DNA of 64,000 nt from Cetorhinus maximus (Eukaryota), in the NCBI RefSeq assembly GCF_964194155.1, contig NC_135881.1:29450001-29514000 (forward strand), written 5' to 3'. The notes beneath the pieces are model-generated. The model made no database searches, was not told where the DNA came from, and saw only the letters and a list, made by a program, of their open reading frames with translations. The position numbers were made by a program, and so were the translations under genes. Numbering within the stretch: position 1 is the stretch's first letter; every line of letters starts with the position of its first letter. Positions 39,257-50,589 of this stretch are shown here, in pieces.

Positions 39257-39376
39257 ACTTGAAGGAGGAGAGAGAGGTAAAGAGGTTTAGGGAGGGAATT
39301 CCAAAATTTAAAAGCTGAAGGATGAGCCACCAATGGTGGAGTAATGAATGTCAGAATCACAAGAGGTCAGAATTGG

Positions 39377-39476
39377 GCCCTGATGCGAGGTCATTGGCCT
39401 GAAACATGAACTCAGTTTCCCTTTCCACAGACACTGGCAGGCTTGCTGTGTACAGTCCGCATTTTCTGGTTTTATT
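39377..39476 (+). mobile_element. 100-bp Penelope-like insertion beginning with a decayed hammerhead
   Basis: 10-bp TSD TCAGAATTGG at 39367-76 and 39477-86. Starts CTGATGcg-aggtc-att-ggcct-GAAA. Confidence 0.7.
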
Positions 39477-39965
39477 TCAGAATTGGAGGTGCCACAGAAA
39501 TCTGTGAGGGTAGTAGAGCTGGGGGAGATTACATAGAAAGAGAAGGGCCAGGTTAAGGAGGGATTTGAATATATGGTTGAGAATTTTAAAATTATGGCAT
39601 TACAAGGTCATGATCCAGAGTAGGTCAGTGAGCACAGGGGAGGTGGTAAATGAGTTAGGATCAAGGTAGAAGACTTTAGGATGAGCTCAAATTTATGGAG
39701 AGCGCAAAGTAGAAGGCTGATCAGCAGAGCATTGGAATGGTCTTGTCAGTTCCTAAAGCCACTGTTGATGGTGGGGCTATAACCCCTCAATACATTGCAC
39801 ACATAAATAGAAAGAGAGAGAGAGAGAGAGAAAGGTCATATTGTAATAGAATTATCAATTTATCAATGCTCCTTTACTAATAAGAGGAGTAGGCCTTTCA
39901 GTTCCCAGGAATGCCTTGTGCCATTCTATTCGATCAAGACTGATCTGGTCGAAAAAAAAGAGATA

Positions 39966-40004
39966 TGCTATCGAAGCTTTCCGTCTTGCACTCATCAGCA
40001 CAGC
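39966..40004 (-). ncRNA. Hammerhead motif in the Penelope pLTR (GAAA>GGAA)
   Basis: GCUGUG-CUGAUGA-GUgcaagAC-GGAA-AGCUU-C-GAUAGC. Confidence 0.62.
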
Positions 40005-40437
40005 TCACAGGAAATCACCAAATGTAATGGGGGAACAACAATTTATACTGCGTGAGAAGAGAGTGCTGTTTGGTTGGCAAATGGACTCTGATTAGGGAGA
40101 CTTTGCCATGGAGAATGCAGCATGGAACAGTTAACTGCCTAGCTTTGTTCAAATTCAAACCAGGCAGGTTGACTTGATTGGCCAAGGCATTGCCCTGGGG
40201 AATGAACCAGGGAATGACTGTTCCCTAAGCTTCTGTTTAGTTGAAAAAGGTGCAATATTCCTTCTGTCTGCAAAGGAAAGGGCCCTATGTGTGAATATAT
40301 GTAGCTTCTAGCATATGTAAATGAGCCACACTGTGAGCCTGACTGATACTCTTAAATGGGTTTTCAGTGTAAATCTTAGCACAATCAGGATTGTTTAGCA
40401 GTCCAATCGTGGAATCACTTCTAATGTTGAACACTAC

Positions 40438-40566
40438 GGCCAGAATTTTCCAATCCCTTATTCCGGCGGGATCTTCCGGTCCTGCTGATGTGAACGGAGA
40501 TTTCAATGGATTGCCAGCCCTGCCACAGGAGAACCTGCGTGGTGGGGGAGCTGGAAGATTCTGGTC
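40438..40566. mobile_element. About 130-bp mini-MITE (Harbinger-type termini)
   Basis: TIR GGCCAGAATTTTCC / GGAAGATTCTGGTC; flanks TAC/TAT. A related copy lies at about 23502-23628. Confidence 0.75.
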
Positions 40567-41093
40567 TATGTTTAGAGTTTTGCAAGAGTGGGCTGGTTGG
40601 ATACAGTCAGTACTTTGCCTGTTGCAAACAGCTGAGAATACAACCAGCCAATCATTAGGACATATGCCCTATACACCTGGAATTAACTGGCACTGAAATT
40701 CATATTCCACATTTCTCATTTGTGTGATAGGCAGAACATCTTTTAGTCTTGATGGCAGCATCCTGTTAGTGGAGAATACCACTCCTGTTGCTACTGCACA
40801 GTGACAGTGTAAAATAGCTAGCTTCACCCGTTGCTCAACATTTTGAGACACTTTACCCTTACAGGGTAATCTGAGGTAGAATGGGTACTCTTCAGGACAG
40901 AAAGTGGTGGTATTTGGCCCAATCATGAGTTTGCGTGATAGACAGTGTGAAATGATCTGATCAGGGTAGCCAACATCCTGCAAGATGTCTTGATGCGCCT
41001 ATTTCAGCATCAAGATTGCACGGTGAGCAGATGGCTCGCGCCCTATTTACCAGGTTACCGATAAAACCAATCTCATAGTGCATGGAACTATAG

Positions 41094-41777
41094 GGGAAGA
41101 GTTTTCTCCCCGTCGTGGGGGGTTGGGTGGGAGTGAGCATGGGTGGGCGCGCAGCCGATCGCCGCCATTTTGGGTGGGTAGGCCAATTAAGGCCCACCCA
41201 GCGTGACGCGCACCCAGAAGCGGTGAGTGCTCCCTGTGCGGGCGGGGGGAATAGGCTGAATCGGGGCCTGTGGTCTTTCGCGCATGCACGCGAAAGAGCG
41301 CAGAAATCTCCCTGAGGTACAGAGCTGCCTCAGGGCGATTAGTTTGATTTTTAAAAATTTTAATAAAGAAAAAAAATTTTAAGACATGTCCCCTCATGTG
41401 ACAGTGTCACATGAGCTGGGACATGTCAATGAATTTTAATTTAAAAAGTTATTTAATTTATAAACCCTTCATGAAACCTCATCCCGCCCGTGGATGAGGT
41501 TTCATGATAAATGCGAAGGCCGCCTGGGCCCTTTGTCTGCCCGCCAACCTTAAAGTTGGACGGGTAGCTCAGCTAATAACTTTAATTAGTTTTTAAAAGG
41601 CCTCAATAGGCCTTTGACAGTTCGGTGGGTGCGCAGTGGAGTCGGCTGCACGTCCGCCGAACTGAGGGTCAGAATGATGTGCGGTGCTGTTGGGACGCAC
41701 GCCCGACATCACCGCGTGTCATTTCACGCATCAGCGAGCGGGGCCCACCTCCACTCACCGACCCTAAGATTCTGCCC
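41094..41777 (-). mobile_element. Harbinger-derived MITE inside the Penelope ORF
   Basis: TSD TAG/TAG. Excision restores the Penelope reading frame HWDSYSSMH. Confidence 0.92.
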
Positions 41778-42582
41778 TAGGAATCCCAATGCATGTATTG
41801 GCTGGTGAAGGTAGGCTTGCGGTAGACAGTAGTAGAGAACCCACTGGCAGATTTCTCAACTAGAACATTGAGGAAAGGGATTTGACTGCTCCACTTCAAA
41901 GGTGAATTTGAGCGCAGGATGGAGCCCATTAAGGTGTGTAAGGAAGATCTTACGTGCAGCTGTAGATTCAAAAACAGCAAATGTATCATCCACATATTGG
42001 AAATATGCAAGTGGTAGGAGGTTAGGGGCTGAAGTTTGCCCTTGTCGGGTGGGCGCAGGGTGCGGGCTCAGGAGCGATCACAAAACCGACCACCTCTAGC
42101 GATCGGGCCCCAAACACGATTTTCACGCTGGCTGGTGGTTAATTGGCCAGTCAGCGTGAATAGCTGCAATGCTGAGCACTGCCAGGGTGGGGGTGTGAGG
42201 AGGGCGAGCGCAGAAGTTTGCACATGGGTGGGGGTTTGCACTGTAAGCTCTCTGAAGGCACAGACCTGCTTCAGGGAGCTGAAGATTTATAACTGTACCA
42301 ATAAAGATTTAAAAAATAAGCGGCAGAATTTTGCCCTTGATGGGTGGGTGGGCCCAACCGACTCGGCGGCGGGCGGGCAGCCGATCACTGCCACTGAAAT
42401 GGGCCGCGCCGTGCCGCCATTTTGCGCCGGCGAGCCAATTAAGGTCCGCCCAGTGGGTTAGCGACTCCCGTGTAGAACGGGAAAATCGTCGCGGAGGTGG
42501 GCCTGTTCAGACCGCCGATTCCAATGGGGAACCGGCAGTCTGTATAAAGAGTGGCCAGGCAGCCTCGTTGAGGCAATGCACC

Positions 42583-45263
42583 ATGGCCACTCACAGAGTG
42601 AGACAGAGAGGCTGCTCTCAGAGCACAGGAGCAGGAACAGGAGGAGGGGGGGCAGGCTGCAGGAGAGGCCAGTGGGGAGCCACTGTGCCCCTTGCTTCTT
42701 AGATGCCTGCCTTGCTGTCCTCCTCGAAGAGGCGTCCAGCCATCAGGATATTTTGTATCCAGAGGATGGGAGGAGGAGTGCCCCCCCACTTGACCAGGCA
42801 GGTGTGGGAGGAGGTGGGGGAGTCAGTAAGCGCCCATGATGCTGTGCGGCGCACAGGAACCCAGTGCCACAAGCGTTTCAATGATCTGTTGCGCTCTGGA
42901 AGGGTGAGTACCATGTCAGCCTTGGCCATTTTACCCAGCAGGTAGCCTTAGCCTTTGAGGCCCCACCCCTCACGTCTTAGTGTCGTTACTGCATTGGGCA
43001 TTTGGCACACGCTGGGTGGGCAAACAGACAGTGACCATGCTTACATCAGCGTTAGTGGTTGAGGAGAAGATGTGTTCTCCCTGCAGCATATGTTGGTGTT
43101 TGTCGCATTAGAGTAGTCTGGGGGCAACCTGCAGGGGAGGCAGCTAAACACATACTCAGAACTCCAACACATGTCTTATTGATGGTGATGAGATGGTGGA
43201 AGGGGAGCCTCAAGGTGTCGTGGCCAAGAGCCATCTGCTGGCCTCGGCGTCGCACCTAGTTGCGCATCCTTGCTATGGGCGCTAAGACCCATGTGTTATT
43301 CAAAGTGATGGAATGTGTCCAAGGTGGCCGTTGGGGGAGGGGGTTGGGAGCAGCCGTACTATCTTCTGGGGACTGATCACCAGTAGCGTGGACAGGAGCC
43401 ACTGGAGGCCTCAGGTGGGCCACTGTGGTTGGGGTGCGGTGTGCGTGTACAGAGTACATGAGCGATCAGCCCCAATAAATCCTTTTCTCTGTTCTGCAGG
43501 CAAAAACTGAGCACAATCTCAGGGAGCGCCAGAGGACTGGTGGTGGGCATGCCATGCTCCAGCGCCTCACCACCTATGAGGGGCAGGCGATGAAGCTGGG
43601 GGGGGGGAGGCAGGTGGCCAGGTTGGCAGGTGTCGGTGAGGCTGGGGTCCAGTGGCCAGGTATTTGAGGTCCTCAGTCCCATCCACTCTGTTTCCCCACT
43701 ATCCAAAGCACTGATGGTTGCTGCAATCATTAATGCAGCAACACTGCTCATTCACAGACTGATACAGTCAGACGTGTGGGTCATACACAAAGGTCCCTCG
43801 GCCTCTTGAGGATGTGCGTCTCCAGCACCTTCCAAAGTCACCTTATCCCATTTGTGACCACTATCCCCATGGCCTAACATGCCATGGCATCACTGCTGCA
43901 CATCCAAAGACTTATTGCATCTTAGGAGGGTTTGTTCCTCCACCACCCTTTCAGCCAGTGCGTCCCACATTACTCTGTCTAAAAGGTTCTCAGCACCTCA
44001 CCTGTCAACCTCATGGCACTCAACTTAAATAAATGCCACCACGTTACTCATCCCTGCTCCAAGGGGAAATGTTGCCTTCTGTCCACTCGTTCGATGCCCC
44101 TCATAACGATATGAAGGTCAATAATGTGACCTGTCAATCTCCTGTGCTCCACGGCAAATGTCGCAAGTGTTTGCAACGTTTCCTCATCACTCCAACTCTC
44201 CAGGCCAGCATGCATCCAGGTCAGGAACCTCTGCACTCTCCCCACTCCAATGCCACATAACATTCCATGTGGCATTCCTTAGGCCATCTGACCAGCCTGT
44301 CTGTATGCGCGTCTAATGTTTGGGCCTCCTCTTGACTCTTTTCCACCCCACTAATGTTCGTCTCCTTAGGGACTTGAAGGGTGAGCGACTTATGAGGCTC
44401 GGGGGGAAAGGGATGAAAGGTGTTACTGACTGAATGCTAACTGATGCACTGTCCTTGTTGTTAATTTCAGCATCACCACCGCATGGCCGCCCCCAACACG
44501 TCCAGAGCCCCCCCTCCACACCTGAGGGCCAACATTTGCAAATTGATGCACATCATTTCAGCCAGCCAGGCACCAGTGCAGCGACAAACACTTTGGTGGG
44601 GAATGCAACATTGGCGAGTGTCCCGGGTCACAGTGGAGAGGGCACTTCACAATCGCTGGAGGAGATGGCATGGACAGAGTGTCTCGATGGCACCAGCAGC
44701 CAGAGGGCTGCAGGGGACCAGGCACATGCTGAGTCCGGCAGTGATGATTTACCTCTGGAGGTGTCAGCCATGCAGCAGCTGCAGGACAAGCAGCAGGGTG
44801 TGCGGGAGCATCTGGCAGGGTTGCATGAGGGTGTGCTGCAGTTGGTGCCTGTGGTGGAGGAATCCAGGCAGAGTGTCAGTGATGGCATGAACCTCAGGAC
44901 AGAGCTTCAGGCTTCCTCCATTGAGAGATTGGCGACTCTCATGGAGAGCGGCTTCAATCAGATTGAGAATCTTCTGATTGGGTTACGCTCTGACCTGCAA
45001 GCCCTCACAGCGCTAATGGCCACAGGTGGTCATTGGCAATGTGGGAGATGTTCTGGGCACCAAGTGTCGGCGCTCGGTGCCCATGCATCTGTGTGAGCAG
45101 GGAGGTCCAATCTGACCTCACGTCGGTGCAGCAGCTGCCTGTCGTCGCTGCGAGCTCCTCTCAGGGCGCTCCGGATGAGGGCAGCAGCTCCTCCGCCCCT
45201 CTGCCAGTGACCGTTGCATCCGTTGAGGCTGCGACAACTGGGGAGGTGCCAGTTCTGGAACTG
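42583..45263 (+). pseudogene. Harbinger ORF2 Myb/SANT-like gene of H2 (3 exons)
   Basis: Exon 1 to 42903 (VWEEVGESVSAHDAVRRTGTQCHKRFNDLLRSGR|gtgagt). Exon 2 is 43500-43659 (AKTEHNLRERQRTGGG). Exon 3 starts at 44471. Confidence 0.87.
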
Positions 45264-46271
45264 CCACTATCACAGAGACACGATCTGGGGATTACTGGAA
45301 TGCATCCCCTGAGCGGTCCAGGCAACAGAAGCGCATCTTGAGAAGACCGATGGTTCTCTCCACCACAGCCCTTGTGGAGCCGTGGCTCCTATTGCAGCGC
45401 TCCTCAGCTTCTGTTCTTGGATGTCGGCGAGGTGTCATGAGCCACCTTCTGAGGGGATAGCCCTGATCACCCAGCAGCCATCCCTCCAGCCGAGCCAGAG
45501 CACTGATGAGCCCCGGCACCTGGGAGTATCTGAGGATGTAGGCATCGTGGGAGCTGCCTGGGTACCTTGCACAGACTTGTAGAATCAGCATCCTGTGATC
45601 ACACACTATCTACACGTTCATGGAGTGGAAACCCTTCCTGTTGACGAAGGCACTGGGCTCACCTGCTGACGCCTTGATGGCCACATATGTACAGTCTATT
45701 GCACCCTGGACACGGGGGAAGCCAGCAATGGCTGAAAAGCCTCTGGCTCGCTGTGTCTGGCTTGCCTGGTCCCAACGGAAGTGGATGAAGGTCAATGCCC
45801 GTCTGAACAGAGCGTCTGTAACCTGCTTGACACAAGTGTGGACAGCTGATTGGGAGATATTGCAAAGATCACCCACCGAGCCCTGGAAGGAGCCAGAGGC
45901 ATAGAAGTTGAGGGCAGCTGTGAGCTTCAGAGCCGCTGGCATGGGGTGTCCACCCTCACAGGTAGGGGAGATCTCAGGCCCAATCATCTGGCAGATATAG
46001 TTGACTGTCTCCCTTGAGAGATGGAGCCTCCTTCGGCACTGCACTTCAATCATATTGAGGTAGTTGCTTCGCCGCCTGTATACCCTGGCAGCAGGATAGT
46101 GGCATCTTCTGTGGCCCCTTCCACCTTGGACAACCTCTTGGCCCTGCACCCCTTGTGCCTGCGCCTGGCCTCCCAAAGGTGGCTCCCCTGGAGGCTGATT
46201 GTCCTCCTCCTTATTCTATCCTTCCCTTCCTCCTCAGAGGAGCTGCCTCCAGTGGAGATGTCAGAACCCAT
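45264..46271 (-). pseudogene. Harbinger DDE transposase of H2, disrupted and 3'-truncated
   Basis: MGSDISTGGSSSEEE start; GAIDCTYVAIK; VNRKGFHSMNV*IVCD (stop at 45610-12); YPGSSHDAYIL; GWLLGDQGYPL; RAVVERTIGLLKMRF. Confidence 0.93.
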
Positions 46272-47576
46272 ACCCCCAGGCTAAATGGAGGCCTCTGGAA
46301 AGCTGCAGGCCCGACAAAGATTACTGTCTGCAGACTGGTGAGCTGAAGCTTCAAAGTACAGAGAAAGCTCTTGGAAATCGATGTGAACTGCTAACAATCA
46401 CACAGGCAAGTTTAAAACACTTTCTGCATTAAATACTTCATGAAAAACATGAACAACCCCTCTGAATCCACATATGCCACCAGTGCATGAGTTTTGATAA
46501 GAAATCACCTACCCGCCTGCCCGTTGGGCCCGTGCGCCGAGCTGAAGTTTGCACGGGCACCTCAAAATCCTCATCGATTGGCAAGTTCAAGGCCTTAACA
46601 AGGCCTTTAATTAATGGCGGGCGTGCGTCCTGATGCTGTGCGCGCCCGCCAACCTAAATATCGCGATGCCGCGTGCTGATGTCGGGACGCTCGCGCGACG
46701 TCAGCGGGTGACATTTTAAGCGCTGACGTGCGGGCTCCATCACCCGCACGTCAGCCAGAAAATTCTGCCCAAGGTGAACGTGTCCCCTCATGTGACTATA
46801 TCACATGAGCAGGCACACGCTATAAATGAGATTTAAACATTTTTATTTTATTTTTAATTAACACTGGAAACCTCATCCTGCCCGTGGATGAGATTTCCTC
46901 AAAAATCCAAAGGCCGCTTGGCCTTTTCACCTGCCCGCCAACCAAACGGCTGGACAGGCAGCAAAAAACCTGATTTAATGAATTGATTAAGGGTCCTAAT
47001 GGGTCTGTTAATTGTCGGTGGGCGCGCTGCCGCCTTTCGCGTGTGCCCGCTGAGCGAAATATTGCGAGAGTACACAATGACTTCGGGATGCTCGCCTGAC
47101 ATCATCGCGCAATATTGTACTCTCGTTTGGATCAGGTGCGTGCCCGCACGAGGAGAGAAAAATTCTGCCCTAGGTGTCATTCCATCAAAAGTGCATTTCT
47201 TGTGGAAACCAACGAAGGTGTTTGTGACAGCCAGGCCTAGTGGGGATCCCATGGCAACATCATCTAACTGGGCATACATACGGTGTTGTTAAAACTGAAC
47301 TCAACTGCATGAGTTGCTGAATTCATAAGCTCAGTAAGTACATTCAGATATTGGTGATAGTGTCTAGATCACCATGATACAGCGATGCAGTGCAAATGTC
47401 TATGCCTTCCTTGAGCGGTACATTGGCGAATAGTCTAGCAATGTCGAATGAGCAAATAGACACAGCGTTGCTATTGATATGCAAGTCCTGTATAGTCTTC
47501 ACAAAGGTGAAGGAATCCTTCACAGAGTATCTGGGAAACTTGCTCAGAATTGGTTGTAGTCATTTGGCCAACTCAT

Positions 47577-47765
47577 AAAAACAAAAACAGAATTACCTGG
47601 AAAAACTCAGCAGGTCTGGCAGCATCGGCGGAGAAGAAAAGAGTTGACGTTTCGAGTCCTCATGACCCTTCTTCTCCGCCGATGCTGCCAGACCTGCTGA
47701 GTTTTTCCAGGTAATTCTGTTTTTGTTTTGGATTTCCAGCATCCGCAGTAGCTTTTTGCTTTTAT
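47577..47765. mobile_element. Short fold-back Penelope-like insertion
   Basis: Perfect 61-bp inverted arms at 47578-47638 and 47669-47729. 14-bp TSD TTTGG(C/T)CAACTCAT. Confidence 0.85.
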
Positions 47766-49913
47766 TTTGGTCAACTCATGTTGTGCAGAACTGGCCATGG
47801 ATAAGATAGAGGTTAATGGGACATCGCTTTTGTGTGTCTTGGGCAGCCCATACATACACAGACACAGTGAGCTGTATGAACAAGTTCAGTCATATACATC
47901 TCCTGGCAGCTTGTAACTCTTACATAAGTCCAGCAAACGCTTTTGTGACTTACAAGTTGATGCAAGATGTAAAGCTTTGATAGCATCTCTTTTTTCAGCA
48001 GCACTCAAGTTCTGTACAACCAACAACTATAAGATCGATCTGCACTTTTACTCTATTCCCTGTCTTGGCCCCAATTTCCCTGACACAGCTACCCAACAAA
48101 AATCTATCAATCTCAGCCGTGAAAATTTCAATTGACCCAACGTTACAGTTTTTTAGGAGAGCAAGTTCCAGATTTTCACCACACTTTGTGTGAAAAGATG
48201 CTTCTTGATTTTAACCCCCAAAGGCCTAGATCTAATTGAAGATTCTGCCCTCTGGTTATGAACTCCCAACAGAGGAAATAATTTCTTGATCTACCCTATC
48301 CTATCTCTTTACCATTTTAAAGACCTTGTTTAAATCACCCAATCTTTTATACTCAAGGCAATACACACTATTTTATATAATTCATTCTCATAAGTTAACC
48401 CTTGAAGTCCTTTATGGCCCTGGTAAATCTGTGTGTTATCCTCTCCAAGGCCCATTTATCTTCCCTGATAGATTGCACATACAAATTAGATATAATTAGC
48501 ATAATTAATGGAAAATTGGTTTGAAATGCTGTATAACTCTAAATGTAAAAAGGAATGCGCCCCTCCACAAACTTCAACTCATCGACAATTCTGTCCCCAA
48601 ACTCCAGACTCTCACTACCATACCCCCATCAATGCCCTAAACTCCATTAGCCCCCTTGACGCTGCATCAGACTCTTGGCTTTACCTTCAGTTCCCTCAAT
48701 GACCTCACCCACTTTACTCTTAGCGATCTTGTCTCCACTTAAAATCCTGAACTTAGCCTCCACTCTCTAATACTGGACTTCTCCTCCTTCCTCTTTCTCT
48801 CAGATTTCCACATCAGCAGTTGCTCGTTCAGTCATAAAACTCCTGCTTTCCGACTCTCTCTCGTTCGTTCCTTCCCCTCGGCCACCTGTGCCTCTGCTTT
48901 CTCAAGTTGTCTCAACGTCATCCTCTCCAACTGTGTCTTTGTACCCATTCTCTCATCCTCTTCCCTTTCCCCGTGTGTGGTGTCCACTGTTTCAGTTTGT
49001 GATAAACTGTTTTGAGGCTTCTCCCTGCACTTGAGGAGTGTATCATAAAGGCAAGGGTTGGGATTGCACCATTTCCGTTCTTTTTTTGCATTAAAATGAG
49101 GTTCAGTGGGACACAGGTTGTAGATAATTGGCAACAGAACCAGAGGGGGAGATGAGGAAAAACATTTTACACAACAAATTATTAGAACTGGAATGCACTG
49201 CCTGAAAGGGTCGTGGAAGTGATATAAATTAGAAATATACTTAGAATGAACATATATTTAACAGTAAGCATGAGATATGTAAAAGAATACATTAGTACTA
49301 TAAGTTTCATTTTACTGGACACAGCTCAACATTTTGTTTCTCTAGAAACAAACCAGCGGAATGATTATTCTTATGTGATGACAGCTGTAGCTAGCCTGAA
49401 AGGGGCCCATGGCCAGGCGAGGCCCCTGCAATAGTGAGCGAGCAACTAGATAGATACTTAGAACAAACAGCTGTAATATAAAACTGTGCTGGGCTTTTCA
49501 CTCAACCCTGCCTATTTAAGAAGCTTGCTGAAATACATAAGTTAATTAACATAACCAAGTGGAATAGAAGTTACCTTAGTAAGCAACTTGTTAGTTCAAT
49601 AGTCTGATAAGGAATTAAAACCAATCAGACTGGATAGCCATTGTGAAGAGCACATTAACAGGCCAATATGAATAATGAGCCCCTGAAGTTAACCCAGGGA
49701 TGAGCTGGGAAGGAACTTTAAAACTAAACTGGAGAACAGCCCAGAGTGAGATAAGGAGGGGATGAAGTAAGGCCTGATTGATCAAGGACAGAAGGTACAT
49801 ACAAAGTCTCAAGAGGTTAATGGCAGGTGGATAACATTAAAAGTGGTTTTCACCCCATGATTTAGACAAAGGACAACTTTTTTTAGTGTATTTCAAATGA
49901 AGTATATCTTTAT

Positions 49914-50589
49914 GGGCAGGTTTTTCCAGTCGGTGAGCGGGGGAGGGGCCCGCTTGCCGGTGTGTAAAATGATGTGGGGATACATCGGGCGTGCGTCCCG
50001 ACGTCACCCCGCGTCATTTAGACTTTCAGTTCAGTGGGCGCGTAGCCAATTTGGCTGTGCGCCCGCCTGCCGATCTGTCAACGGCCTATTAAAGCCATTA
50101 AAAAACCAATTAACACGATTGATGGACCTGCTCGTCCAGCCTTAATGCTGGCGGGCAGCCCAGGAGCCCAGGAGGGGGAAAAATCATGAAAGCTCATCCA
50201 CGGGCGGGATGAGGTTCCATGAGGGTAGTTAAATTTTTATTAAATGTTTAAATAAAAGTTATGGGCATGTCCCAACTCGTGTGACAGTGTCACATGAGGG
50301 GACATGGCAGGGAAATTTTTTAATCATCTTTATTAAAAGTTTTAAATCTGCGCCAATCACCCTGAGGCAGCATTTTGCCTCAGGGAGATCTGTGCGCTCC
50401 TGGCTGAGGCAATCCCCCCCTGCCCGCACAGGGAATGCATAGTGCTCCCTGGCGGATGTCATGCTGGGCGGGTCTTAATTGGCCCGCCCACGTAAAATGG
50501 TGGCGTGCCCCCGATCGGAAGCCCGCCCAGTCGTGCCCGCTCCTGCATTCCCCCCCGTTGGGGGTGGGGGGCTGGGGGGAATGCTGCCC
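49914..50589 (+). mobile_element. Harbinger-derived MITE
   Basis: GGGCAG...CTGCCC termini; TSD TAT/TAT. Confidence 0.9.

Larger units (their letters stand above)
42321..46770 (-). mobile_element. PIF/Harbinger DNA transposon H2, nested in a MITE
   Basis: TIRs CGGCAGAATTTT / AAAATTCTGCCC. TSD AAG at 42318-20 and 46771-73. Homologous to H1 in inverted orientation. Confidence 0.93.
42026..47170 (-). mobile_element. Harbinger-derived MITE split by H2 (parts 42026-42320 and 46774-47170)
   Basis: TSD TAG/TAG. Excision restores Penelope DGMTPNLLP, and the two halves rejoin into a family-length MITE. Confidence 0.9.
39955..48030 (-). mobile_element. Penelope-like element (RT + GIY-YIG), disrupted by four direct insertions (one carrying H2)
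   Basis: MYGLPKTHK (47855); VAMGSPLG (about 47250); YVDDTFAVF (about 41970-41996); PFLNVLV..VYRKPT; NVEYEFQC and HMLEATYI (GIY-YIG). pLTR at about 39955-40260 with an inverted partial copy at about 47955-48030. Confidence 0.9.
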
